The position numbers and the translations under genes are program-made. Source: the human T2T-CHM13v2.0 reference genome, Homo sapiens. From it: DNA of 64,000 nt. The notes under the pieces were generated by a model. It worked only from the letters and a program-made list of their open reading frames with translations. It was not told the origin of the DNA and searched no databases. Each line of letters starts with the position of its first letter. Within the stretch, counting starts at the first letter, position 1. The DNA lies in the NCBI RefSeq assembly GCF_009914755.1, contig NC_060929.1; one strand, 5' to 3'. This document shows, piece by piece, positions 15,921 through 33,688 of this stretch.

Positions 15921-18900
15921 ACAATGAGATCACATGGACACAGGAAGGGGAACATCACGCTCTGGGGACTGTTGTGGGGTGGGGGGAGGGGGGAGGGATA
16001 GCATTGGGAGATATACCTAATGTAAATGACAACTTAATGGGTGCAGCACACCAGCATGGCACATTTATACGTATGTAACAAACCTGCACATTGTGCACAT
16101 CTACCCTAGAACTTAGAGTATAATTTAAAAAAATGTAAAACCGGAATCCATAAGCTCTAACATAGTTGTCTAAAACATTTTATATTCAATTATTTTTATT
16201 TGTTGTAATATTAGTAGACAATCTCTAGAATCATTTCTACAATCAAAAATATTGTTATCATTCAACATAGTACATACTAAGGCTTCACCTATGCTGTTGC
16301 TGTTGTTGTTGTTCTGTGTGTGTGTGTACATATGACAAAAAGTTAAACATCGTAAAATAATATACAGAAGAAGAATTTTTTAAATTGTTTTTCAATGACC
16401 ATGGAAGCCTATGTTGTTACTTTTTAGACATGTTAAATCCAGAAATGTTATTAAAAATAAATTATAGTTTAATGCCATGAATAAATGTTAGATTCACAGG
16501 AAAAATGCTGCTTTATAGGCATATACTAAACATTAGAAGATATAAGAAGTCCTACTTTAAAAAGTATACCTCAGGCAGATATTTGAATGAAATTTTCATT
16601 CTTCCCTAAACATGAGCATGTCTTCTTAGGTCATGTATAAATGACAATATAAATATAAAGAAATCTGAAAATGTGGGTCCTTTCCCCTCTCTGTTCCTTA
16701 CTTTCTCCATCACTTGGTATCCTTACTCAGAAGCAGGACAGGGCCCTGGATTCCAAATGTTTTATTCCCCTCTTTCATAATCACTGCACGCCACTGCCCA
16801 CACACAAACACACTCAACATATTCTTTTCTGATACAATACCATTCTATTGGCTAGAATAAATTGAACAATATTAAAAAGGACTTTTAAGAAGAACTACTG
16901 ACCTCAGGCAAGGAAGACCTTTTGATGTCCCAAATCATGCATTGTGGGCACTGTCTCTATGCCTAGCCTAAACCTTGTATCCTCTATCTGAGGCTATACG
17001 CATTTCAGGTCCTGAGTTTAGTCAACATGGAAAGACTGCCATCTACTGAATTACAGGCAATTAATTTGGAATGTTGATGCATGTTTGATTTAATCTTGCT
17101 TGTGGTAACTCAGTTTTGTTTTTTAATAGCAGATATCACTAATTCTGAGCCATTTCAGGGAGAAGGCAAGAGGATGACTAGCATGGAAGTGGTGACTAAC
17201 CGTAGGTCAATAATAATTTCCACAATAGCCACTTGTTGAGTGACAAAATAAAGCAACAATCAGGTAATTCTCAGTTGAATAAGAATTAGGAAAAACAGAA
17301 TAACAAATTTATTGGGCTATTTCCTATATACATACTGATTTCCTAATATACATACTGAGATTGTATTGCCCTATTCACCTTTTCTGCCTGCAAAAGCTGT
17401 TAACAACCTTTTCCGTGCTGAAACGGTAAAATCAAAACAGTCTGCTAATGGGCAAAAAAAAAAAAAAAAAAATCCACAAACAAACTATCAAATCAAAGAG
17501 GGACAAATCTTAAAGATTTCTTATGCCTTTCTGTCCTTACATCTTCATTCATGTGAACCTCGCCTCTTGTTATCTACAGCTTCACCAATCTTACCCAATA
17601 GATAAAAGTAAAAAGCTTTCCCCAAATTCAGATTAGAGCAAGCAAACAACAGTCAAATTTTTTACAATAACAGGAATTATTTATTATGGGCCACAACAGA
17701 AAAAAAAAAGATTTTTCTTCACCAAATATGATTATCTGAGGTTTAAAGAAAAGTTAGTGTTGAGAAATCAAATATCAACTCATTAGAGAAAATAGTAGAT
17801 CATCCTCAAATTCACTATTCATGAATACTGAAGTTCATTAGCTGAAACAGAAAGCACAGATGCAGAAACTATCTAATTTACAGAAAGGTTACCTGAATGA
17901 TGCCAAGAACTTTCCAAAGACAAATAAAAGCTTGATTAATGGCTCAATGGCCAATGAAGCTCATTTAAATTCACTCATGGGGGAAAATGTAATTTTCAAG
18001 CTAAGCTAATAAAATCTCAGTTTCTTGTACTAAATTAACTTTATTAACTTCGTCGTTTAAATTCATGATGACTTAACATCTAAAATATGTTTACTGTTAA
18101 AAACTCAATAGTTTATTTCATTATTTTAATAAGTCATTAATCAAATACCAAAAAAAATCCTCTAAAGTCATGCTTGCCAATGTGTTAATGTGTAGGTTCC
18201 TGTGGAAATGGCCTGATTCCTGCATGCGTGCTAATAACTATTTCACCATTATTGTAAATTTTCAACAAGTGAACAAGTGTATGAATTTTGCATACAAATA
18301 AATTAAAGCTCTCAAGTTACTTATGAAGAGCCAAAGTACTGTGTTTGCTACTAAATCTGTAAAGATTCCACTTTCCCAGAAAATGACAGGCATATAGTTT
18401 TGGTAGTTTTCTTCCTGGTAAAAATACTAAAAATAGCAGCACAAGTTAGTGAGACCTAATAATATCTTAGAAGATGCATACTAAAGAATTTAGGAATAAA
18501 GAATTCAAAGTATGTGATTTAATTTCTAAGTATTCAACAAGATAGACAAATAAAGTAAATCTGTAAGAATATTTGCTTAACAATCACAATAACAAATACC
18601 AATTATTGTTAAATATAGATTATATGTGTGTGTGTATATATATATACATTTTTCTTTCTTTCAATTTTTCTATATGTTTAGAAATTTAGGTGACACATAT
18701 TAGGGACAGGAAATAGCAGAAACCTCAAATAGCAGAGTTTCTCTTTTGCATCTCTGAGTAATGCTCAGTCTCAAAAATGCCATTTTTGAGTGCTATTGTT
18801 TAATGTCTCGATCTAAACATATATTTTTATTATTATGCTCTAATATCAGAATTGGTGATACCAAGAGTATAGGTATATATCAATAAAGATTTGCTGTCCA

Positions 18901-20825
18901 CAGATATTTTAGGGTCTTATAATTGTTAGAAAGCCCAAATAGGTTGAAAGCTGCTTGTTTACTATACAAAGTTGAGCATCAAAATGACTAAAAAGGACTG
19001 AAAAACAGAAATTCGAATTACCAGCCAAAGAGCTGGGTAAACATCCCCCTACTAATAAAGCATTACTTTCAATTGGAGCTCATTCTAATTAGCAAAACCT
19101 TAAAACTAAACTCTGGAAAATAAAGTAAATAAGTACCTCAGCACATTGATGCTTACATACACCAGGCAAGGACAGACGGTCATTTTTAAAAGTAGTCTCA
19201 ATTTGCACTTCTAAAATATAAAAGGGAGGAGCTCTGCAGACCAGCTCCCCAGGGAAAGGAGTGAAAATTCTTTTTAAAAGTATTTAAAGTATCTGACCAT
19301 ATTCTTAAGGGCATACAGGAAAATGAAGAAATATTTAATCAAGAAAATCCACTGAAAATCAGTAAGAACCGTGAAAGTCTGGGGAATCTGAAGCATGAGC
19401 TGCTCCCTCCTTCCTCCCACCCAGCCTAGCATGATGGAAACTCCATTACAATCTAATGTAGCCATGAACACAGAGCTCCCTCTTTATCAGCAACCAATCA
19501 AAAGTTTTCGTATTGTTGCTACATTCCCAGGAAGAACTGGATGTCAGCATTTCTCATCCCATCCCTCATCCACAGCTATATGTTATAGAAATTAAATTTC
19601 AGGGAGTGCAGTTGAGAGGGCAAGAGCTCTCCTTATGCCTAACCCTCACTTGTGAGGCAGAGGATACTGAAAATAATAGGGCCCTAACTGCCCTCACCTG
19701 GTTCATCTGTAGGGCAAAGAATCTATGCCAGAGAGCCCTACCAAGAAGACAAAAGACAACTTCATGGGTATCACACAGAGAGAAGCATGCCACTGTCCTC
19801 ATCACCGGTTCAGAAGCCCTGGCTCAGAGACTTTCCCGAGGGAAAAGGCAAGCCATAAAACAGATAGTTCCAAAGCTCTCTCCAAAGAAATGCCTAACCA
19901 AGCTCTTTTGATGGAAAGTAATTAATGGGAAATTGTTAACTTTATTAGAGATATAAACTAAACCATTGACCAGCTAGCTTACCAGAGAAAATGAGTTAAG
20001 GCCCTTCCCGGGACTAGAAAACAACTCAAACACTGACCTCAAAAATTACCCTGAAAAGGATCTTAGTTAAAGTGGATCAAGTATGTAGAGAAATTTATGA
20101 ACCAAGGCATTGTTGAAAATAATAAATCAATTAAGTGGAACTTAGTGAAGCTTAACAGCTGGATGTGGTGGTAGTGAGGAAGGATGGTCAAACAGAGGCC
20201 TGCTAAAACCATTATCATTTCAGAATAACTATGTACATTCCGAAGGCTGAACCCTCTGAGTAACATTAGAGGATTCACAATGCAAGAGAAATAGACCTTA
20301 CTAAACTAGTCCATCCGATGATTAAATAAGTAAGCAAATGACAAAGTCCAAATGAAGACCAGAGTCACTATATTAATATAGTATAAATGTCACTATATTA
20401 TTAATGTATTATATATAATATTGTATATTAACATATTCTATATTAATACATTGTTAATTCCCTGGAAGAGCTGGATATCAGCATTTCTCATCCCATCCGT
20501 CACCCACAGCTATATGTCATAGTTATTAAATTTCAGGGAGTGCAGTCGAGAGGGCAAGAGCTCTCCTTACACCTAACCCTCACTTGTAAGGCAGAGGATG
20601 CTGAGAATAATGGGGCCATGAAATAATAGGGCCTATAGAATATTATTCTGTATTAATATATTATTAACATATCATGTATACTATATATTATATAGTATTA
20701 CAATATATAAATATATTATGTTATATATTAGCATATATGCTTATAATATATTAATATTAGTCATTATATTGACTAATCTAAATTAATAAATATATTTAGT
20801 AAAATATAATAAATTATTATATATT

Positions 20826-22859
<2,034 letters not shown>

Positions 22860-24540
22860 ATAATAAATTATTATATATTAACACACATTCTATGAATATA
22901 TTAATATTAGTCACTATATTAATATATCATGTAACATGAACAGTTTCCAACAAAAATTATGAGAGTAAAGAAACAGCAATGTGTGACTCACACACCAGAA
23001 AGAAAGCAGTGAACTGAAACTGTCTTTGAGAGTGACAAGACATTAGATTTAACAAAGACTTGAGATTTGCTGTATGGTCAAAGAACTAAATGAAACCATA
23101 ATAATGGTGACAATGGCTTATCAAGTAAGTAGACAATGTCACCAAAGAAATAGAACTTAAAAAGAACCAAACGGAATTATGGAGCTGAAAGTACAATAAC
23201 TGAAATGAAAAATTGTGTTAAAGTGACTCAACAGTAGGTATGTTCTAACAGAAGAAAGAACTAGTGAACCTGAAGATAAATTAATAGAGTTTACGCAGTC
23301 TGAAAAACAGAGCAAATAGAATAAAAATAAAGAGAACCTCAGAGAAATGTGGAACACCTTTAATCACACTAACATACACATAAGAGATAAAAAATACTGA
23401 TAAAAATAATGCCTGAAGTATAAAATTCCAAATTTATTAAAAAATAACAACCTATACTTCCAAAAACTTTAACAAACTCCAAGTACGATTAAAAACAAAG
23501 ATATACACATATAGACACACCATAATGAAAACTCTGAAAGTCAAAGACCAGGAGAAATATCTTATTAAAAGCGGCAACAAATAAATTAATAAAGAAAGAA
23601 TTCATCACCTATTAGAAAACCTCAATAAGATTAACAGCAGACATATCTTCAGAAACAATGGAGGGCAGAAGACAGTGGAAAAAAATATTCGACTAATGCT
23701 TGGGAGACGGGAGGAGAAAAACCTATGAACCAAGAATTCTATGTCCAGCATAACTATTTTTCAAAAATAAAGGATTATATACCATGACCAAGTGGTTTTT
23801 ATTCTAGGAATGCAAAGCTGGTTGAACATTCAAAAATAAGTTAATACAACACATCATGTCAACAGAATAAATATAAAACCCACCTGATCAACTCGAATCA
23901 GAAAGAGTATTTGATGAAATCCAAAACATTTCTGATAGAAATACTCAACAAACTAAGAATAGAAGGGAACTTCTTCAACCTGATAAAGAGTATCTATGAA
24001 AACCCACAATTACCATTATACTTAATGGTGAAAAAATTAAATTATTTTTCTCTGAGACTTTAAACAAGACAAGAATGTATTCTCTTACCATTTCCACTTA
24101 ATATTCTTTTAAGACTTCTAGCCAGGGCAATTGAGTAAAAATAAATTAAAGGTATTTAAATTGGCAACAAGGAAGTAACACTATCTCTCTTCCTAGATGG
24201 CATAATCTTATATGCAGAAAATTATAAGAACTTGTCTAAAACACTATTAGAACTAATAAAAAAAGTTCAGAAAGGTTGCAAAATAACAAATAAATATATA
24301 AAATTCTGTGTGTTTCTATATGCTTGCAATAAAATTCCAAAAATAAAATTAAGAGAATAATTTGATTTTAAAATAGCATAAAAAAATAAAGTGCTTAGAA
24401 ATAAATTTTACAAAAAGGAGTGCAAAATTTATACTCTGGAAACCACAAAACATTTTTGTGAGAAATTAAGAAGTTCCAAATAAACAGAAAGCCATTCTAT
24501 GGTGATTGCTTGGAAAACCTAATATTGTTTAGTTGGCTGT

Positions 24541-24928
24541 TATTATGGAATAAGTTATGCCCTGACTCCAAAATTCATATGTTGACATCCTAATTAATCC
24601 TCAGTTCCTGAGAATGTGACTATATTTGGATACAGGGTCTTTAAAGAGGTAATTAAGTTAAAATGAAGTCATTAGGATGGACCTCATCCAAAATGACTGA
24701 TGTCCTTATAAGAACAGGAAATTTGCACATAGATACATATACAGAAAAAAATGATGTAAAGGCACAGGGAGATGTTGGCCATCTATGAGCCAAGGAAAGA
24801 AGAAACCAACCATGCTGACACCCTGATCTCGGACTTCTGGCCTTCAGAGTTGTGAGAAAATTAATTCCTATCATTTAAGCCACTCAATCTCTGGTACTTT
24901 GTAATGGCAGCCCTTACAATTTAAGACA
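24541..24928 (+). mobile_element. MLT1B-type MaLR solo LTR inserted in the old L1
   Basis: aaaattcatatgttga...agaatgtgactatatttggatacagggtctttaaagaggtaattaagttaaaatga...tttaagccactcaatc. Confidence 0.85.
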
Positions 24929-26183
24929 GAAATAATTCCCAAATTGACCTATAGATTCAATGCAATTTCCATCAGAATCCCAGCTGGTTTCTCTGTAAAA
25001 ATTGACAATCTGCTTTTAAAATTCATGTGGAAACTCAAGTAACCCAGGAATAGTGAAAACATTCTTGAAAAAGAAGAACAAATTTAGAGGTGTGACACTT
25101 TTCAATTGCAAAACTTAAGGCAAACCTACAGTAATCAAAACAGCATACTATTTGCATAAAGATAGAGATATAGATCAAAGGAATAGAATTGAGTTTCCAG
25201 AAGTAAACTCACATTTTTTATCAATTGATTCTCAACAAAGGTGCCGAGACAATTTAGTAGGGGGGAGCGGAGAAGAAGTCTTCTCAACAAATGATACTGG
25301 GAGAACTGGATATCCACTTACAAAAGTATAAATTTGGACCCCTATATCACACTGTGTACCAAAATTAACTCAAAGTGGATTAATAACCTATATGTGAGAA
25401 GTAACACTATAAAACTCTTGGCAAAAGAACATAGGCACAAATCACATCCTTGGGTTTGGCAATGTTTTCTTAGATAAGACAACAAACACACATGCAACAA
25501 CAAATATATTGATAAATTTGACCTCTTCAAAATTAAAGACATTTGGGCTTTAAAAGACATTATCAAGAAAATGAAAAAATAACCCAGAAAATGAGAGAGG
25601 ATATTTGCAAATTATATGTCTGATAAGGGACTTGTATCTAGACTATCTAAAAAACTTTTAAAGTCAATAGTAAATCATGTAACCCAGTTTTAAAATAGAC
25701 AAAGAATTTGAATAGATATCAAGAAGATATATAAACAACCAATAAGTACATGGGAAACATGTTCAGTACCATTAGTGACCAGGGAAATGCAAATCAATAT
25801 CACAAGTGAGATACCACCTCACACTCACTGTGATGCTAATACCAACAAGATAAACAATCAGTGTTGGAGAGGATATAGAGGATCGGAACTCATATGCTGC
25901 TGGTAGAAATGTAAAACAATGGAGCCACTTTAGAAAGTGGTCTGGCTATTCCTCAAATGATTAAACACAGAGCTAACATATGATCTAGCAATTGCATTAC
26001 TAGGTATGTATTCGAGAGAAATAAAAATATATCCACAAAAACTTGCCCACAAATGTTCACAGAATCTTTATTCAGAATATTCAAAAGGTAGAAACAACCC
26101 AATGTCCATCAACTGATGAATGAACAAACAAAATATGGATAAATAATCATACATCAGAACATTTTTTCAGCAATAAAAAACTA

Positions 26184-26340
<157 letters not shown>

Positions 26341-26699
26341 CCTGGTACATACTACAAAGTGGAACAATCATGAAGACATTATGCCAACTCTGAGAAGGCC
26401 ATCACACAATACCACATATTATATGCTTCAATGTATATTAAATGTCCAGAATAGGCAAACTTATGGAGACAAAAAGTACATTAGTGGTTGCTTAGACGGC
26501 AAGAGGGATGGAAGAATTGGGGAAGGAGGGAAAGGGTAAAGATGTTTTAAAACCGATTATAGTGATTGTTGAACAACTCTGTGAATATCCTAAAAATCAT
26601 TGAATTTTATACTTTAAATGACTTAATTCTGTGGTATGTGAATTGTATTTTAATGAAGTTGTCACAGAAAAGGTTTATCTCACTTTTCCTTTGTCATGT

Positions 26700-27150
26700 C
26701 TATGTATTTCATCAAAGAACACATAAATTATTAGTGATGAATAACACAATAACCAGTCCTTTAGACACTATCATGAGAGTACAGACAATTAAGTTATAAT
26801 AAAAATAATGATGAGAATATATAAGACGACACCTCTCTATAGGGTGTCAATGAATCTTATAAGAAGAGACACCTTACAGAGACTTGACAGATTAGAGATG
26901 AATGCCAGGAATTACCTAAACTGATTTCTGAAGGAGTATGGCATAATAGGCAAAGCATTCCAGTAATACACAAGAGCATGCACAAGTTCCAGAGGAAAGA
27001 TAAACTATATGGCAGGAGCAGGGACCCTGAATTATAATCATGCAATATGGCTATAAAGAAAAATTAAAGGAAGAGAGAAAAAAACTTTGGGTTAGAGAAG
27101 TAGGTGGAGACCACATTGTCTCATTGATTGGCCGAAGTGGAGAGTAGGGC
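26700..27150 (-). mobile_element. L2 remnant
   Basis: aaagcattccagtaatacacaagagcatgcacaagttccagagg resembles the L2 core on the minus strand. Confidence 0.5.
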
Positions 27151-30100
27151 TTTGTGATTATGAATGGGAACAGCCAACTTCTACAGGATCATATTGCTTC
27201 AAGCAGTGTCCTTTATTGCTGGCGACTTCCTGGTTTATTCTGTCTCACATGTGTTTCTTAGAGGTGTCAGGGATTCATGTAACAGGAAAAATTTTACTTG
27301 CAGTTTATATTCAATCTCTCTGATTAAGTATCAATCAGTTTAGGTAATTCCTGGCATTCATCTCTAACCACTTTTTTTCTTAATATTAAATACTCGTGTT
27401 TTCTCTTCAAACCAAATCAGCTGGTATCACGTTCTTCATAAGTCTTATGACTGCTACTTTTTAATACTGTTTTTCTTCTCCACTGGAATATAACAGCTAT
27501 AAAAGCAGAAAACTTGTTTTGTTTACTGCTGCATCTTCAGTGCCCCAACTAATAGATAAAACATGGTAAGAATTCAACAAATCTATATAGAATCAATGAA
27601 AATACATTAATCTCTCATTAGTTTCCAATTTCATTTATCTGTTTAAGGTATTTTAATAATATGTGGAATTCACATACCTTTATAAAATTTCCCATAAATA
27701 GAAGAAGAATTGGTGATGGGGAGGGACTGGGAAAGGGTAAGGAAACTGTTGTTTTTCTCAAACCTATCTTTTGAAAGAAAGATATCATTATCCTTTAAAA
27801 AGCTGAGAACATAACATCAACTATCAGCTTCCAAAAGAATCTCATCAAGGTATTGACCTTTGGAGCACATGTCAGACACACTGATTTACCTAGGTGAGCA
27901 AGAATCCAAAGCTTCTTCTGGATTTTCTATTTTCCTTTGTAATATTTAGTTTCAAAAAACCTGACTTACATGGTTGCCATGGAAATGAATGAAATGGTGA
28001 ATCGTGAATCTTTTAGAAGAATGCTGCATAAATGTGAAAAAGGGCTATTTTTATTAATATTTTTACAATGTTGGTAATCTCATGATACAGAAGATTCAAT
28101 AGAAAAAGAGAAAAGTTTATTATTATAGTCCTAACTCTCAGTATGTGATGTAAATGCTGTGAAAAAAATCAATACATTGTTGCAATGAATAAAAAAATAC
28201 CGGAAGATTAGTTCTGTACTCTGATTTGTTATTTTATATAAGTAAATATATCATAAATCATAACCTCTATGAAGCAATATAATAGCAATTCACTTATACA
28301 TGTGTATAGGTTCTTTTGTCTAATGTCAGCGTCATAAAGTATTTCCTCTTTACTGTCAACCTAAGCACAAAGCTCTTCCTCTTTGAAGCCTAGCTCTTTT
28401 TTAAAAAGCTTCTGACATCTTTTAATGTGAAAAGAAACAAGTGTATATCTGTGAACCCAATAAGGTAACCATAGTGGGGGACAAGGTATTAACAGTTACA
28501 AAAGTATTGTATGAAATATTGACCATCATTTGGAAGAATGAAAAAATCCAAAAGATATAATCAGATTCCCCAGGTGGAAAATGAATACCAAAGAGCTTTC
28601 AACTTTATATGTAAATTACATACTATGGTATATTTTTAATAGCAGCTAATACAGCATAATTACATTATTTTTGGCTTATTTAGAAATTTTCATTCTCAAA
28701 TTAAATAATTTTAAATTGGCCTTATTCAAAAATATGTAATAGCTACAATCAATGGAATGATTTTCAAACATGATTAGTAAGATAGTAGCTTATAGAAGAC
28801 CAACTAAATTGTTTATTGCTTTCATGACTGCTGCCTACCTTGAAGATTGTTATCATATCTGAATGGTGTTTATTGAGCAGAGTATATTTTCTTTTTTTTG
28901 TTCCACAGCTAATTCTTCAAGTTCTTTTGTCATTTTAGAAAAGGAGATAACCATAAGGACTAGTAAGCTAAGGTGTAACCTACCTGCACTTCATTAGTTT
29001 TCTGGATGTTAAGGGATAGTTGCCAAATGGCACTTTGACATATATTGTTAAAAAGTCTAAAATAAAAGTTCACTTTCAATTTAAACTTTTAAGTCCTGGA
29101 TGGTGTTCTAGAAGTCCATCTATGAGAACTAACAGTTTTCTTCTGCATTAAGTATATGAGAATATAAGGGTTACCTTTAAGACTTCTACAATTATAATTT
29201 ATTTGAACTTGATGAGTCTCATTTATCCCTCCAAGAATATTATATTATAAGATCAATAAATAATGCAAAACAGATTTGCCTGCTATGGAAGGTCAAGGAA
29301 AGTAATTTCTTCTAGTGATAGAAATATTAGGAGATGAAGGTAATGTTCAAAAGATTGTGTGTGGTGTTTGAAGTTACCTGCCATGATAGAATAATCAATA
29401 ACTAACTGGAAAGACCTTCATTTGATCATTCATGCCTCATTGCTCTTGAGCATTATTAAATATTCTCTTGGTTTCTCAGCAGGTTGTCTTTGAAGTTGCC
29501 ACATGGAACATTTCTGTGCATGAAGGATTACAATTTAGGAAAAAAAACGTGATACTGACAGGTAGCTACAAGATAAAAAGAGATATAATAAACTTGTACA
29601 TAGTTCATCAATTACTTAATGACCTTGAGTAACAAGATTATTTTTATCAAAATATGCTTGTTTCCTCTTGAGAAGTCAGTTTTGCCAAATGGCCAACCAT
29701 AGTCTATTGACCATTTAGAAGTACTGGACATAGGGAAAACATTTAAATTATAGCTGGTATATTATATGGGAGATGTTCATAAAGATGCAATGAATATTTT
29801 TTCAACCAAGTATTTTTTGTCAGAAGTGATGATAAATTAAAATGATTTTCTTTAGGAATATCATATTTTACCAACAAAATTATTAGTGAAAACATTTGCC
29901 AAGTTAAAACAAGAACTCAGAAATACTGTGCCATGAGTATTATCACTTTCCTAAATCCTAAATATATAGCAAGCATGAAGCAGAGCATAAGTGTCAGCTG
30001 AAAGAGGAATTTTATGCATGACCACAAAGGTGGTGTGGCCAAAAGCATGGAAGTGGCTCATGTTTACAAAAATCCAAGACCCCACAAAAAATTTTGTGAT

Positions 30101-30159
30101 TTATGAAGAATGACCCCTTAGGGAGGAGTTAGTTTTGACTAGAATTACATTCTCATACA

Positions 30160-30190
<31 letters not shown>
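30160..30190. repeat. (CA)n microsatellite
   Basis: Direct reading. Confidence 0.95.
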
Positions 30191-30192
<2 letters not shown>

Positions 30193-30289
30193 ATTTGAAA
30201 AGATCACCCAAACCAACACTTATGGTAAGAGTGAAATGAAATTTACATGAAGAAATTCATGGCATGATCCTTAAACAATGACAAATATT

Positions 30290-31470
30290 TCATTCCATCA
30301 TAATGTTCCCATTCAGTCAAAAGGCGTTCATTAAAATTTACAATGGATTTACAATAGGAAATGAAAATACAAGGATAAATAAGCCACATTCCTTACTCTC
30401 AAATCATGGGGAAACCAGGCAGATAAATAGATTGCATTGTTGTGTAACAAAACCCTGTTCACAGAGAACAGCACGTGATTCTACCAGGGGGAGCCAAGAC
30501 AATGTCTGTAGAGAAGATGATGTTTTTACTAAGTCTTGATGAATAAGTACGAGTTTGCTATACTGAGAAAATATGAGATGACAATCTCTGGAAAGTGCGT
30601 AGATTGAGTAAAGAAAGTTTGAGAATCATGAACAACTCAGTGTTATAGAGCACAGAATGCAAAGAATGATGTGGCTAGTATAGCTGAAGCGGGGTTTGTT
30701 GCTATCCTTTCTTACATTTTCAGTAGTTAAAGTTCAGCAGATAGCAATTTGAACACAATATTTAGTTAGAGCAGTGGTAACATTAAGGAAGCTAATCAAT
30801 AAGGTTTATAATAGATTACATTGAGAAATGAGGGGCAAGGCAGAAGTTAAGGGTGATGTTAATCTTTCTTGAAAATATTGACAGCGATAATGTCACTCAA
30901 CAAGATAGAAAATAAATAAAAAGAAAAAACCAAAGGCAGCGAATTCTACTTTTTACATTTTAAGTTTGAATTACAAATTCACTTGGTTTTAGGAACAAAG
31001 GTGCAGGAGACATTGTTGGAATAAACAGCTCAAGATGGCACTTCAAATTTGGGGAGTAAATAGTACCATTCATAGAGCGCAAGAAGGAAAAAAGAATCAA
31101 GAGCATTAAAGAATAAAGGAGAATGAGGAGAAGTCAAAAGTTCGGAGGAAAGCTAGGGGCATGGAGGTGAGGAGTGGGCAGGTAGTGAGGTAGAATGATT
31201 TTCTGAAAGCCTAGAAAAGATTCCTCTAATGAAGAAAGGCAGGAGGATTGTGACAAGACTGTAAAACACAGAAAAAAGGTCAAAGAAAAAACTGAAACAG
31301 CCCACTGGGTTTAGCAATTGAAAAATAAGCCATTGGACTTGGAAAGAAGACTGTCTGTGTAACAGGAACACAAACTAGGTGTCCACGGGCTGAAGAGTTG
31401 GAATGAAGTGATGATGTGCAAACAATACTACTAAGTCTAGAAAGAAGTTCCAGAAGGATGGAAGAGAGTA
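30290..31470 (-). mobile_element. Long degenerate L2 fragment
   Basis: gggaaaccaggcagataaa..., ccactgggtttagcaattg...cattggacttggaaaga, gggctgaagagttgg. Confidence 0.55.
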
Positions 31471-31575
31471 ACTAAATCGAATTTAGCTGAAGGTGTTAAG
31501 TGTGAGTGCAGCTTTATTGTTCATTACTTTTTTCATAGAAAGAGGGGCAAATAGGAATACCTAAGTGTGTTTTTA

Positions 31576-31986
<411 letters not shown>

Positions 31987-32153
31987 GGTGAAAAAAATGG
32001 CTTATTTCGGATGAAATAGGAAGATACAATAGATACAATGACACATGGAACTTTAGGTATATTTACAAACAAAAAGGAGCAAAGAAGTAAATGTTGTAAC
32101 ATAATAACTTCTATTTTTCTGGAAATGTCAATTTATCATCTCTTGGGCTGTGT

Positions 32154-32909
<756 letters not shown>

Positions 32910-33287
32910 AGGGTATATCAGAAGGGAAGGAGTTTGCAAGTCATATTATAGCAAAATTTGTTAATCCAGTGATTAGAGGTGTGAAGATAAATTAGTTTTG
33001 GTATTTTGGTTATGAAATCTATTAAGTTCAAAATTATTCACAGTGACATAGTTGAGGGTTAATATCAACACCTGTGAGTCATTTTCTACCCTGAACATAG
33101 CTAATCTCCTCCTCATATGCAATGTATGTTGATACATTTAACTAACTATAGTTTCTATGTTTGCTCAACAAACCCAAGGCATCCAGGTTAGGAATCCAGA
33201 ATACAAAAGCTTTCAAATCTTAAAAATATGAATTGGTTGAGAATGCCAAAAGACTATTAGGTACTGTGTTGCTTTTGTATGGAGTCA

Positions 33288-33688
<401 letters not shown>

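Noticed and set aside
28885-28968. Strong acceptor ttttcttttttttgttccacAG with a GTAAGC donor 54 bp later
   Set aside because: Weak donor context (CTA|GT), no recognisable coding frame, and compatible with chance.
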